Positions 11,469 to 24,391 of a stretch of 64,000 bases of DNA are shown here, one piece after another. How positions within the stretch are numbered: the stretch's first letter is position 1; each line of letters begins with the position of its first letter. Below the pieces are notes generated by a model. The model searched no databases and had not been told where the DNA came from. It saw only the letters and a list, made by a program, of their open reading frames with translations. The position numbers were made by a program, and so were the translations under genes. The DNA comes from Tricharina praecox (lineage: Eukaryota), in contig NW_026250433.1 of the NCBI RefSeq assembly GCF_024521635.1, forward strand, positions 1 through 64,000. The letters are read 5' to 3'.

Positions 11469-12798
11469 CTACAACTTCGACTTGAAGCCCTCCCACGTCA
11501 ACTGAGCCGCCTTGAGCGACAACTCTGACGGCGGGCGACCACTGCCGAAATCAAACAGTGGGCCATCATGGAGTTCTATCGGGCCGACATACAGCTCCGC
11601 CCTGACACCGGATCCCGCACGGAACGACTTCTCCCACTCGAGGACGTCGTCGAGGAACACCTCCCTGCCGCCGACCGTAGTTCCCACGAACTTCACAGCC
11701 CGGTCCATTCCCTGCCACCAGCTCTCGGGCGCCCGCTTCGGCTCGGCGTGGTACCGGCCCGCGGCGAGCTCGGCCGCCGGTGCTTCAAGACCGATCGCCT
11801 CTTCGCCCCAGTACCGGAGGAGGTGCGGCGTAACGTAGTCTTCGCGCCCGAATTTGGCGAATGCCGGCGCCGATTGGTCGAAGGTTACCCAGGGGGAGAC
11901 TAGGATTGCCGCTGCGAGGGGCGATGAGAGCGGCAGGACTGGCGGAACGGAGGGGTGTGGGTGCATGATGTGAGACAGAATCGAGAGAGTCAAGTGGCCC
12001 CCGGCGGAGTCTCCGCCCATGGCGATCTGCAAGACTTGTTAACGGAGAATCAAATCGCCAAGAGAGTGGGAGCGTACGTTGGACGGTGAGCAGCCGGCTG
12101 CTAGCAGGTGGTTCAGAGCCAGCACACCCTGGTGCAGTGGTACGGGGAACTGCTTCTCGGGGCCCAGAGCTGTCGTTCATCAGCAACCCACGATACTTGC
12201 TTAGCGCTAGGACTCGGGAGGGAGGGTGCAAACAGTATTCCAGTATTGCAACCGAGCACTCCTGCCCATACTTCTCGATCTCCTCCCTAATAACCCTTGC
12301 GAACGAGCAATGTCCGGAGTTGAGAGGCAAAATGAACCCGCCGCCATGGCAGTACAACAGCACCTTCTTATTTGCCGAATCGGTCTTCTTCCACGGCTTT
12401 CCGATCCACAGCAGCCGTGTCTCGACCCCGTCAACGCATATGTCCTCCACGGCTGGCTCGTAGCTGCTGCCCAGCTGCGGCTTCAGCTTGAACCATGCCA
12501 TGTACGTGTCGACCGAGGGAGCCATCTTCGCCTGCGCCTGTCGCGTGTTGGTGCGGCCGAACATGGAACGGATCACTGCCGCGTTGACTTGGACTGGCTT
12601 CGGAGGCAGGGTAGACGGGGAGTAGATGCTGGCCGTTATGGACTTTTGGATAGTTGCCCGGACTTGCTGCTGTCAGTGATGGGCATCCGGGAAGGGTCTG
12701 GATGGGGGGAGCATACTGGCATCCGCAACTGCCAACGTCCAGCCGAGCTTCTCGGCGATCGTGAGGGAAACCGGCGTGTGGGACTTGAACGACGACAT
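11469..12798 (-). CDS. Alpha/beta hydrolase, HSL-like esterase/lipase
   Basis: HGGG oxyanion motif, GDSAG nucleophile, SPW, C-terminal LHD; about three introns. Start at 12798 (MSSFKSH) is inferred. Confidence 0.85.
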
Positions 12799-13629
12799 GG
12801 TGAGCTGTAAAGAATGCAATGGATGGAGTTGCAATGCTCAGGGGAAGTGAGGATCGAAAGGGAGCGAGGTACTCGGTAACCTCTTAAGTAGCATCACACT
12901 CACTGCTCCATCCTTAAGCTCGGTTAAGTTCCGATCCATAAGATGTGTCCCGCCCGCCAAGGCTCAGTGGTTATAGTTCCTCGCCTATCGAGCCATATCA
13001 TAGAAAATCCGGGGGACGGGGTTGGAACTATGTCCGCAATCGGCGTTGCTTCCCCATTAAAGCATCGCGGTCGCCCGGGTAGGCGCGAATCATGCAGCCA
13101 TCCGCTCAATCCGTCTGGGCAGCTAGCTAAAGGGTGTCACGGGCTACCTAGGTGGTTACTCTGTTTCCCGAAAGAGTGGTGCATCTACATACAAGATGCA
13201 GGTATATAGAGTGTTGTATTATGGCCGGGGCAGGAACGGAACATTCGTGGATGGATGCATAACGCGGGGTGCATGAGAGATGCTTGCTTAGTCACGCCTC
13301 CAACGTTTCGGCTTTGTCCTCGACTCCTCGCCCTAGTTACATATGCCCTTCCTACTCTCTGTAGTCGGTCCAGTGATGAGTTATAACTACGGCACCGTGT
13401 GCTGAGAAGTAATCCGGCGCGCCATTCGGACGTCCAGTGTTGGGCCGTTGAAGCTCTAATGAGGAGGTGTCGTGAGGCTAGGACATGGTACTTTTGGCGT
13501 GGCCGCCAGCGGTGGTCTCAATGGTTACACCAGTCTAGGTACTCTACACTTCACTCACCGCATGCAAGAGGGCCCCCACGCACTCCAATTTCACAGCAAG
13601 AGCTCCGCCTGTCCGTCGTATACCTATCA

Positions 13630-14860
13630 TAAGAATACTTCATACAACATCAGGCCGGAGGAAAGGAAGGATGGCATTGCAGAGGATCCACAGACTGACT
13701 GGCCAGATTGGTCTGGTCCCCGGCCAACTACAGACGTGCCGTGGCAGTGTGCGTCCGGGCGGTGACCATCTACGACGCGGAGTTGGGGCGGAAAGGCACA
13801 GGAGTGCGGGGAACACACGGCAGGGCAGGGCAGACGACATGAAGAGGCTGGTGAACACGAGGAGGCGAGGGCGATAACGGGTTGCGGGATGCTGTCGATC
13901 CACTAATATAGCGGCCTCGCCATGGAGTCGGGCCTCAGGCCAGCACATGCTCAGCTCGACAACAGAACTAAGCGACGGCCCCATGGGGATCAGACTTAGG
14001 AGCCTCTCGGAGGGCGACCGGGCCAAGCTTATCTAGCGGAGGCACGTAACGGTCCGGCGCAAAATCGACAGCGCACCGACATTGGCGACTGAGTCCGAGA
14101 AGGTGGGCCTGACCAGACAAGCGGCCACTTCGACGATGAAGTTCATCTCCGAGGACCGGGAGTCAACGAAGCACGCGACAAATGACCCAACAGAACATAC
14201 CTACTCTCACTGGGCAATGACCAAGAACCACCCGTCGGCGAAATGCTGGTGGTGTCGGCACAAGACACGAATGCGGGAGCACTTGCTTAAGAGCTATCTG
14301 CAGTGGAGACCTTAGCAGAAGGTCCTATGGGCGGAGGTACAAAAGATTACCGGACGAGGGGAGGACAGGTTGAGATCAGAGACCTCTTCGCGGACCGGGA
14401 GTGCAGCGCGGCCATCCTCTGGTTCCCCGACAAGATGGAAGTAGGGCGGTGAGTCCCTCCTCTTGGGCTGGAAGATAAACCAGTATCTTGAGATAAACTT
14501 TTGACATAGTGACTGCGTCGATGGAACCAGAATGTCCAGTCTCGGGATCAGAGAGGCTAGATGCGAGAAGGGCAGCGGAGGGGAGAGTATCGGATGAGAA
14601 GAAAGAAGGAGAGAATAAAGCCCCCGTTGTTTCTCGCACCATCAAACACGACGGTGGATTGGGAGGCCATGAAGGTAAGGGCGGAGGCGATACGACAGGG
14701 CGGGCAGGAGCAAGAGCAGGAGGTGGCGGCAGACTTAGTGGAAAACAGAGAGGAGGCGTTGGATTTCTCGATGGCATTGATGGGGGGGGATAGGATCGGG
14801 ACCGGATTCTGACGACTTCCCACTGTCTCCTCTTTGCCCTTATTTTCTTTGTTTTCTCGC
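13630..14860 (+). mobile_element. Decayed non-LTR retrotransposon (LINE), RT C-terminus and Cys/His tail
   Basis: Frameshifted fragments MALQRIHRLTGQIGL..CVRAVTIYDAEL, MESGLRPAHAQLDNR, KCWWC..REHLLK..W..QKVLWAEVQKITGRG, resembling fungal LINE ORF2 ends. Confidence 0.7.
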
Positions 14861-16222
14861 TGATGTGGCGAGCGAGAGCGTGGATATCGAGCTCGCGGCG
14901 CCGTGAGTGAAGCTGGGATAGAAGATATCTGGATGGCTCTGTGGGTCTTGCGGTAGAGTGAAGCTGAAGGCCCAGTGACACACTGGGACCTCAGAGTTCT
15001 GCGGTCTGACAGCTTCAGTAGCGGTATGAGACAGACCTCAGACCTGTGCGCTACTCTGCTCTGCTTGTATCCGTGCGGATTTCCCACTACAGCGATTCCA
15101 GGCTATGGTGACGGTAACGTATGGCCACAAGTATCCTTCGAATCAAATACCTGTTCGGACCCTGCTCTCGCTACGACACAGCCGAGCCCTTCGACAAGGT
15201 TCAGAGCGAAGTATGACGGATCGCCACCGCGCTTGTCGGCCCTTCTTCTCCTACACTTGATCTATGTACGAGTACTGTGCGAATAAACATCTACGCCATT
15301 TTAGCTGCCGTGAGGATGAAGGACCGACACGACTGCGCCTATGTACAAGCTTCGGATCATGTCTCAGACAAACATAGAGTCGAGGGAAGCTTAATCCAAG
15401 CGACTTCTGAGATATCCTATGTATCATACTAGTACTGGCGCTCCACCATACCTACTCTATTTTGGACCTTGGTTTGTCGCCACAATTCATTTGCAGGAGC
15501 CATACTGGAGTCTTAGACAAATTGTCAGTACGCCTCCGCTGTCGCAGTGCAAGATACGTGCCCATCTCGTTCGTATGTAATTCCTGGAAAGTTGGCCTCA
15601 GGCGTTTCGGGCAGGCAAAGTGCTGCTCTGGAGATCGATTGGTGCTTTGCCTGCTTTGCCTCCCCTGCCGCGTGTCGACGGTCGGCAGCCAATGAACCCG
15701 GGCACCGAGTGACAGCAGCAGCATAAATGACGTAACCGCCCAACATAGCAACTCCCATCATCTCGCGATATTAATTGTGTGTCACCACTCGTGGCCCATG
15801 ACGCTGGGTTAGGGGAGGGAGGGGGAGCAGCCCCGTATTCCGGAAGGTTCAAGGAACGAACGAAAGCTCGGCCACTGATGACGGTGCCGATGCTGTGGCT
15901 GCCATCATGCGCAGGGATGAGACCGCGGCAAATCACCATGATCGATCGTTCATGGCCTGTAAACCAGTTTCGCCAGCAGCCTGGCGGGCGCGAAGAGCAG
16001 GAGAGGGTTTCGACGGCCAACAAGCGGGTTTCGAGACCAATATTGAGGGCGTATAAAATCACCCTCCAGTCCTTCATCCATTTGATCTTTTCTTCTTCTC
16101 ATCAGCATCAGCATCGATACCAAACATCCAAAGATCAGATACCATCCTCACAAACATCAACGACCATCTTCCCCAACACACAAACACACAAACACAAACA
16201 CACAAATACACAACCCACAACC

Positions 16223-16588
16223 ATGCGCCACTCCACCCGCACCACTCCCGTCGTCCGCACCCGCAAGCCGAGCCTCCTCTCGCGGCTCACGCGGCCCCGT
16301 CCGGCGACCGCGACACGGGCGCCCCGCGCCCGCCGCACCTACGGCCGCAAGCCTCGCACTGTCCTCAACGCACCGGCCACCACCACCGTCACGCACCACC
16401 ACCGCCGCAAGCCCTCCATGGGCGACCGCATCTCGGGCGCGCTGTTGAAGCTCAAGGGCACGCTCACTGGGCGTCCCGGTCAGAAGGCCGCCGGCACTAG
16501 ACGCATGAGGGGCACTGATGGAAGGGGGGCGCATTCGCATGTCGGCTCGACTACCACTACGACTACTACTAGGCGCAGAAGATGGTAG
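16223..16588 (+). CDS. Small basic fungal protein of unknown function (121 aa)
   Basis: ACCATG context, TATAAAA at ~16053, CA-rich leader. RKPSMGDRISGALLKLKGTLTGRPGQKAAGTRRMRGTDG resembles a conserved ascomycete hypothetical family. Confidence 0.8.
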   Translation: MRHSTRTTPVVRTRKPSLLSRLTRPRPATATRAPRARRTYGRKPRTVLNAPATTTVTHHHRRKPSMGDRISGALLKLKGTLTGRPGQKAAGTRRMRGTDGRGAHSHVGSTTTTTTTRRRRW

Positions 16589-17079
16589 ATGGTAGATGTC
16601 GCGGAGGGATACATAGGGGATGATCTGTACTTTTACCTGTACTATTAGTTTCTTTTGTTTTTTTTTGGTGCTTTGTGGATAGCGACCGGTGGTTTTTTGA
16701 TTTGACGACTTATAACTTTTTTTCTTTTTTTTTTCCTGCGATATTTTGGTTGAGAAGGAATTATACTTTATTACTGTCACTCTTTTCGGCCTATCGTGAC
16801 GAACATTCGGAGTGATATTTTGTAATTAAAGCGAGTGATATCCTATGTACCCATGTACATTCGCTAAACAGCCTGTTTCACTTGACTGCATCATTTCCTT
16901 GGCGGCAGCTAGATGCCTGTCACCATGGCCACGCGTAATGATCCTTGCATCTAGAGCTCCTTCATCTAATACATGTATCTCGCCGCGCCACCCGTAGGAG
17001 TGAAACCATAGTTAGAGCTCTTGACAGTGTATACCAGCAGCGGATTCCAACATTTTTTGCCGGCGTTGCCAGATGAGCC

Positions 17080-19143
17080 ATGAACATGATTCTACGAAAT
17101 GGGCGTCCCAGCCACCTAGCGATAACGACCTTTGCCGCCGCCGTATTTATTGTTTGCCTCCTAACGGTCCACGTGTTCCGCTCCGGCGGGCCCAGGAAGG
17201 TCATTTCCGGCGTCGTCTACACGCATGGAAACCAGATGGCACATGGCATTTGGCCGCCGCCGCCGGACCGCCGCTGGGAACGCGATACGAAGGAGTACAT
17301 TCTGGACGACGCTTGGGATGGCGAGGCGCCAGTGCAGTCGAGGTATTATAATTGGTCGCTGACAGAGGTCGAGGGGAATCCTGATGGTCTGTTTACTCCC
17401 TCCCTCGGATCCAGGGCTGGGCGGGGCTGACGGAAAGCAGGAGTATACCGCACGCTCATCGCGATAAACGCACAGTTCCCCGGGCCGCTGGTGGAAGTGA
17501 ACGAGGGCGACACACTGATCGTCGATGTGCACAACCATCTCACCAACAGCACATCGCTGCACTGGCACGGCTTCCCGCAGAACGGGACGAATTTCATGGA
17601 CGGCACCGTGGGCGTCACCAACTGCGCCATCCCGCCTGGCGAGAGCTTCCGCTACGAGTTTAAGGCCGACGGGCTGAGCGGGACGTACTGGTATCATGCA
17701 CACTTCTCCACCATGCGGACGGATGGATTGTTTGGGCCGCTGGTTGTGCATGAGAGAGGGGGCGGGAAACGTGCGGAGGGAACAGATAGAGTCGTCATGG
17801 TGCAGGATTGGTATCATGACCTTTCCGCCGCGCTGCTGCCGTGGTATCTTGCGCCCGGAAATGAAAACGCCGAGCCGGTCCCGAACGGTGCGCTCATCAA
17901 TGGCCGGGGCAGGGTCAACTGCTCGATGGTCGCCAAGCAGTATCGCTGCGATCCGTCGGGAGTGGGACTGGAGGTGTTCAACCTCGACCAAGATTCACCG
18001 CACAAACTGCGCTTCATAAACGTCGGCGCATTCGCCGAGTTCGATATCGACGTGGACGAGCATTCCGTCTCGCTAGTCGAGGTAGACGGTGTATCCGTGG
18101 TTCCCCACAGCATAAACCGTCTACGCATCAACGTAGCGCAGCGGTACTCCGTCGTAATCCCGTCGCAGCCGCGCAACAGAACGTCCTTCTGGCTGCGGGC
18201 CCGGATGCTCGCGCACTGTTTCGCCGAGATCCCCAAGGAGCTCGAGCTGGAAGTCAAAGCCATCGTCAACTACGGCACCTCTTCCCCCTCGCACCCAGAA
18301 TCGAAAGGATGGGCGGACGTATCCCCACTGGAATGTCAAGAAATGAACCTGACCTCCGTCGTCCCACTGCACGTCCTCCCTGCGGCGCCGGCGAAGGCAG
18401 ACCTCCTCGTCCCCCTGCGTAGCAACTTCGAGATCGGCGCGTACCAGCTCAGCCGCGGGATGTTTAATGGCACTTCGTGGAGACCCGAGAAGATGCCGAC
18501 GCTGATGCAGGCCATTGCCGGATTGACGGGCGGCAACACGTCGTTCACAGAGCCGAGGAATACTGTCCTCGATAAGGCCTACGACGTCGCGCACCAGCTG
18601 GTCGTCAAGATCGACAGAGGCGCAGTGGTCGATCTGCTCATCGACAACTACGACGACGGAAATCGTTTGCCCTCCCCCTCCCCCATCCTAATTCCTCCCC
18701 CCGACTCTTCCCCCGCTGATAGAGAGAATAAGATCCATTCCACCTCCACGGCCACAAATTCTGGGTACTCAGCGGCGGCACCGGCTACTACAACATGAGT
18801 AACTACGGGAGCATCGACGGCACGAACGCACTGCGCCGCGACACGGTAACGATCGAAGCGTTCGGCTGGGTGCTGGTCCGGTTCGTGGCGGATAATCCGG
18901 GGTTGTGGGCGTTGCATTGTAAGTTTCCTTCCCCGCGGGGTGTGACTGAAGACGGAGCATTGATTGATTGGGGGGTGTCTAGGTCATCTGGCGTGGCATG
19001 CGGAGGCGGGGATGTTGATGCAGTTTTTGGTGGGCGCGGAGACGGTGAAAGAGTGGGAGGTGCCGACGCAGGTGGCGGAGATGTGTAAGCTCTCCGAGAA
19101 GCAGAGGGGCGGGCCGATGAGGGATGAGGACTTTTATTGGTAG
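17080..19143 (+). CDS. Multicopper oxidase (laccase/ascorbate-oxidase-like), 625 aa, N-terminal signal/anchor
   Basis: Exons 17080-17386, 17441-18664, 18733-18918, 18983-19143. Copper motifs HWHG, WYHAH, HPFHLHGH, HCHLAWHAEAGM (axial Met). Confidence 0.93.
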
Positions 19144-19959
19144 ATGTGCGGATACGGCAGTGGACACGCGCAAAGAAGATATTGAGTAATTTATAGGCAT
19201 GCTTTACGATCGAGATCGCGAAAGAAAAAAAATAGTGGACCAAGTGACCACCCATGCTTCTCTCTTGCGGCGGGTTGATAGATGTTTTTATTAAATACAT
19301 ATTCGACTGTGATGGTCATATCGGAAGGAGTTATACCGTTTTACGATGGCATTTTCCCAAAAGAATTAGTTCACGACAGTGTCCGGTTCGAATCCCGAGG
19401 AGCTCATGTTAGCTGGTGCACGTAAGTCACCCGGCTATGGGGCCTAAGCACCAGAAAGACACTTCAGGTCGGCAACGACGCAGAGAGTTCTGGCCTCGGG
19501 GTGGCGGCGCTGGATCGCACGGTCGTGGGCTTTGGGAAGGTGACGTGGTTAGGTGCCGCGACTTCTATTTTCTTTTGGTTTTTTTTTTGGTTTTGTTTCT
19601 TTTGAAGTTTTTTTAATTTCCTGGAGGAAGAACTCGTTTCTGCAACAAAAACCAAAAAACCTCAACCTGGGCACTGCTCGATGTCCTCCCCCAACCAACC
19701 GGCCGGCTCATCAAGCAGTATTCTCAAATCAACATCCGATGCTGCGTGGGCCCGCAGGCTGCGTATATAGGACCGCCATTAAAAACATTACCACCACTGC
19801 GTTGCCACCGCATCAACACCAAACCAACTAATATCACCAACCCATATCGCCAACCAAAACCAACCATCGCCCAGAAAAAGAATGAAAAAGAAAGGTCAAA
19901 TACACGTACACCTCCAAAACACAGAACACATAACCAAAAGCTCTAGATCCATCACCAAG

Positions 19960-20016
19960 CCTCACAGCCGCAACCGACCCACGGATCCCTCACAGCCGCA
20001 ACCGACCCACGGATCC
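19960..20016. repeat. 28-bp tandem duplication
   Basis: CCTCACAGCCGCAACCGACCCACGGATC twice, abutting the stop codon of the minus-strand gene. Confidence 0.9.
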
Positions 20017-21441
20017 TACAAAGTCGAATCCGTAGCAGTCGTCGGGTACGAGTCCGCACGGGTCTCCCACGTAGCACCGGGCGCGGGGCTCCCCAGCTCG
20101 ACGACAGGGCTCTGCTGCGACCTCCGGTAGGCCTTATCGTCCGCAAGGACGCCGGGGGGGAACGCGCGGGGGTCGGGCGAGTAAGCGCGATATCCTATCG
20201 GCTCCGCGTACAGCGGGGAAATGGGCTGCGACTGCGGCGACATGGGGGGCGCGTAGGCGAGGGTCGGCGGCGGCTGCTTCTCGTAGATGATTGAGTGGTG
20301 CGGGGGCGCGGGTGGTGCTGCCGCTGTGGCGTCGGAGTGGTGTCGGCGCCCGAGGTAGAAGAAGAGGCCGCAGATCAGCGCGATCACGCCGACGGCGCCG
20401 ATGGTGATTCCTGCTATGCTGCCGGTGCTGAGACCGCTGCTGCTGCTGGATGCGGTCGGAGAGGCGACCGCAGTCACGGTCGTTTGTCCCCCCAGCGTGC
20501 CGGTGCTGCCCGGGAGCCCTGTGCTGCCTGTCGGCACGGAGGTCGGCGCTGGCGGAACTACGCTGTTGTCGGATTCTGAGGGCCAGTCTTCGCCTGGCTG
20601 AAGGACGAATGTGCCAGGTTTCTTGGCCGCCGCTTGGTACCCTGCTATCGGAGTGTCGGATCGGGGATTGATCACGCCGGCCATTCCCCACTGAGTACTG
20701 ATGTTAGCTGAGGCCCGGGAACGGCGGAGGAGTGGTACCGACCACATTACAGGAATCTGGAGAATGTTAGCAACGCTGCGAACAGCTCCGAACTGGGGAC
20801 GAGTACTAACCTGGTGCCGAGCAGTAGAAGAACATCGGATTTGTGTCATTGACCAAGATGCTGAATGTCGGAGGCTACGACGTTACATCGGTCAATACGG
20901 GATATCTCATCACCGCAGACTTCAGGACGGGGGTGGACAAACATTGCGTTCGATCGTCCTTACTGGCCTGAAGCCCGAGAAGAATCCCGTGACCTGTGGT
21001 TCGAGCTTCTCGTAAGGTACACATGGCTGCACCCACGAGCCGCGGACCACGGAATGGTTCGTAGGATAGAACTCAAAGACTATACACACACGAGACGATC
21101 AGCAACTGTTCCCTCAACCTTCTAAATCCACCAACAGCCCGGCCGGGGACAACAAACTGATAGTATCTCCAATCGCGGCCGTCAACTGGTCCGGATCGAA
21201 CCTATGTGCGGCCTTTTTTTTTTTTTTCGCACTCGCGCATCAGCCATCCATCCAGCCATCCAGCCAGTTTCGGGCTCCCCGCCTCCCCCCCTCCTCCTCC
21301 ACGATGGTGATTCACCTTTCCAACCGTAACGACATGATCCGCTGCGGCGACGGCCATCACGGCCACGGCCAGCATCAGCAGAATCGCATTTTTCGTCCTC
21401 GAGCTCGTCGTCGTCGTTGTGGTCGTCATCGTCATCTTCAT
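20016..21441 (-). CDS. Cupredoxin-like extracellular Ser/Thr-rich single-pass membrane protein
   Basis: Signal peptide, HVVTVG, FDPDQLTAAIGDTI, FEFYPTNHSV, FYCSAPDSCNVWGMAGVINP, S/T stalk, TM (GITIGAVGVIALICGLFFYL), Pro/Tyr-rich tail; about five introns including a 14-nt exon at 20743-20756. Confidence 0.85.
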
Positions 21442-22712
21442 GGTGGTTTGTTGATGCAGGATGAGTGTATTCGTCGAGTGGAACAAAGAAAGATTGGAAT
21501 TAAATGGCAGGAATCGAGGGGGGCGGGCGGGTGAGGGGGGGAAAGAAGGACAATGGGTAGGTAGATAGGTCAATGGCCAGGCCACGAAGGGCCAGGCAGT
21601 CCATCCACCAAAAACCTGCTAACTACCTTCATAACGCCCCTCTCTACCCACCACCTTTCATACATACTAGACGGAAGGACGGAAATCGATTTGGACTCGT
21701 GTGGTCGCTGGATCCGTGTGGTCGGTGTGGTCGATGGAGGCGGGGGCGAGTGTAACCAAAAAAAGGCTGCATATCTAACACCCCATACCTACTAGTTCCT
21801 CTACATAGCCACCTCTTGAGCCTTCGTTTCGCCCGATCTGCGATTCTGTGTATGATAGGTCCCAGAAGCGGCTTTTCCACCTTGCTTCGGGTATGTAGAG
21901 TAGGCATGCAGTGGTGTCAGTGAGCACTGAGCCCAAGATGCCGGCCATTCGTGAATCGTGCTCGTGGTAGGCTGGTGCAACCGAAGAGCCATCCCATCCC
22001 TTCGGCTTCGGGTGGCATTGCGGCTTGCTCGTATGTAGATATTGTATAAGTGGGGATTTCTCAGTCCTGCCAGCCAGCAAAGAGAAGAGTCAACGAACTT
22101 TTGCGGCGGGCCTACTCTCCTCTACCGTACATACTCTAGACGAACAGATCTGATGTGCGTGCGTGCGTCGTGCGTGACACAAGAAGGGCTAGGCAGTGGG
22201 CTGGGCTGGGCTGCAGTCTACAGTCTGCAGTCTGACCTGGCGGTGGTGGCACAATTTCGTTTTCGGTTGCGGCCTGGAGTCTGTGGAAGAGAAAGAGGGG
22301 TGGGAGTCTGGGAGAGGGGGCTGGAGAAGCTGAAACCTGGGATGTGGGTGGGTGGGTGGGTGAATGGGTGGGTGAATGGGTGGCCAATGCACTCTGACTC
22401 TGGCCGATTTGCACTGCAGAGGAAAGCCCATTGTGACATCCCCATCGATGCAGCCGCCGTGTTCACCCGTCTAGACTCTACTCTGCTCCACTTCGGAGGC
22501 CAGGTTTCTGGTTTCTGGTTTCTGGGCCATGTGCATTTCGAATTCGGTGGGGGAAACAGGTAATTATCAGCATGCTTCTTATGTAGAAGAAGAAGACTTC
22601 CAGAACATTTGCCACCGGGATACGGTACGGTATCGTACTTTACCTACCTAGAGTATCTATCAACTCGGGCCCAGTGACCAGTCACGGCCTCACATTCACG
22701 GCTGCGAAGATG

Positions 22713-22802
22713 TTGAAACAAACATGCTGAAGTGGCACAGACTTGAAATAAACATGCTGAAGTGGCACAGACTTGAAATAACCATGCTGAAGTGGCACAG
22801 AC
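22713..22802. repeat. 30-bp minisatellite, 3 copies
   Basis: TTGAAAYAAMCATGCTGAAGTGGCACAGAC three times head to tail. Confidence 0.95.
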
Positions 22803-24391
22803 TACTAGTACAGTGGCAGTGGTGATCGGTTGGTGGCATTGTGGCATAGGGAAGTTCTTTGACTTCTGTCTCAGATGCAACAAGGAATAACTAACCCCAA
22901 GAATCTGAAATCGGATGCTTAGAGCTTAGAGTTGATTAGCGTGAGTGCTCCCTATCATAAGGAGTACGAGTAGTGAAGCTTCGCTCAGAGACGAGGCGCG
23001 TGGTTCTCGCCGTCGGACAGGACGACGAGCATACTCTACATGCCTACGGTACTCTATTCATATTTCCCCCCGTATGTAGCAGGGTAGAAGAGGTGAGTGA
23101 GTGGTAAACGTACCGTATTCGTCCCATCGTATTTAGAGTACAACCTTGAACACGCAAGTCCACTCGCGAACTCTATTCTCACTCCTCACGAGTCACTGCT
23201 CAGCACCCATGTCTCTCGTCTACTCGTCCCGTATGTGTGCACTGCGCACCTACCTACCGCAACTCGTATATGGTTTATGGCTAGAGTACCATCTCGTACC
23301 GAGTCTTGGGGAGCTTAAGCCTTAGCGAAGCTGATCCCTCCACTTAAAGTCCACGACCCCAAGAGTCCAAGTTACCAAGTAGGTATTTCATACCGGTGTG
23401 AATGCCACGATCTCATGCAAGGGCGCGGGTATAGCTTCGCGGAGGGTGATGCGAGGAGGGGATAATATACTCTACCGGTATGAGGAGAGGCGAGGAGGGG
23501 CGGAGGTATGAGGTATGAGGTATGAACGCGCAAACACCTGCGTTTCTTGTTTCCTGCTTTTGCCGGAGGGGTTTGGTTTCGGCCCTCGGGCCCGTAGATA
23601 TCGAGGGAGTTGTCGGTTATCTACCGTGGAGACATACGGCGGTGAGGGAGGCAGCATTCATCACTGACCAGTGACCAGCCTCAAGATTGAAGACATTCCC
23701 AAGAATAGGTACCGTATTTAGAGTATCTACAAGCTTGGCCCTCCAGACTCCAGAATCCAGAGTCCAGAGTCCAGAATCCAGAGTCCAGACTCCAAGTCCA
23801 AGTCTTCACCACCGCTCAATGAAGTGCCCATGCCAAGCATAGTTACTAGATACCTCGTTAGAGTAGCCAACCAGCGGCACAGCCTGCTGACCAGGGTAGA
23901 TAGGTGCGTCGCCAGGTGATCTTTACGGGAGTCCCCCCAGCGTTCATCTCCACATCGCTGAGAATGAATTTTGCGTGATCTTGGTGAGCTCGAGTCGTAG
24001 ACTCGGAGCCGAAATGCAATTTCTTCTTCTTCTGCTTCTTCTCCTTCTTTCGAAATATCGAAGCAAGGTGGAATAGGTACCGTAGATTGCTGGAAAGCAT
24101 GGGAAGATAGGTACCTGGCCACGGTGTGTGGAGCAGAAATGTTGTCAGAGCTTTCCCTTCATTCCGGTGAAGCATCAGTAGTCACTCTTTCCTTCCACAT
24201 CAACTCGTAATGCGGTTTAGTTATCTGCTCCAAGTCCCCACACCAGATCACAAAAGTTTTGGTCCAGACTCTACGCATGATGTGACAATAACTCTGTCGG
24301 GACGGGGTTACACGAAACACATGCTAGTCAAGGCTGAAGATAGCGCTACTAAAGTTATCATACATTACGTCAAGGTATCGTCTACATACGT

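Noticed and set aside
19328..19406. tRNA suggested by GGTTCGAATCCC (B box) at ~19385
   Set aside because: Mismatched T-stem and no convincing D-arm, anticodon arm or acceptor stem.
22713..22802. 30-bp repeats as a CRISPR array
   Set aside because: Head-to-tail with no spacers; a plain minisatellite.
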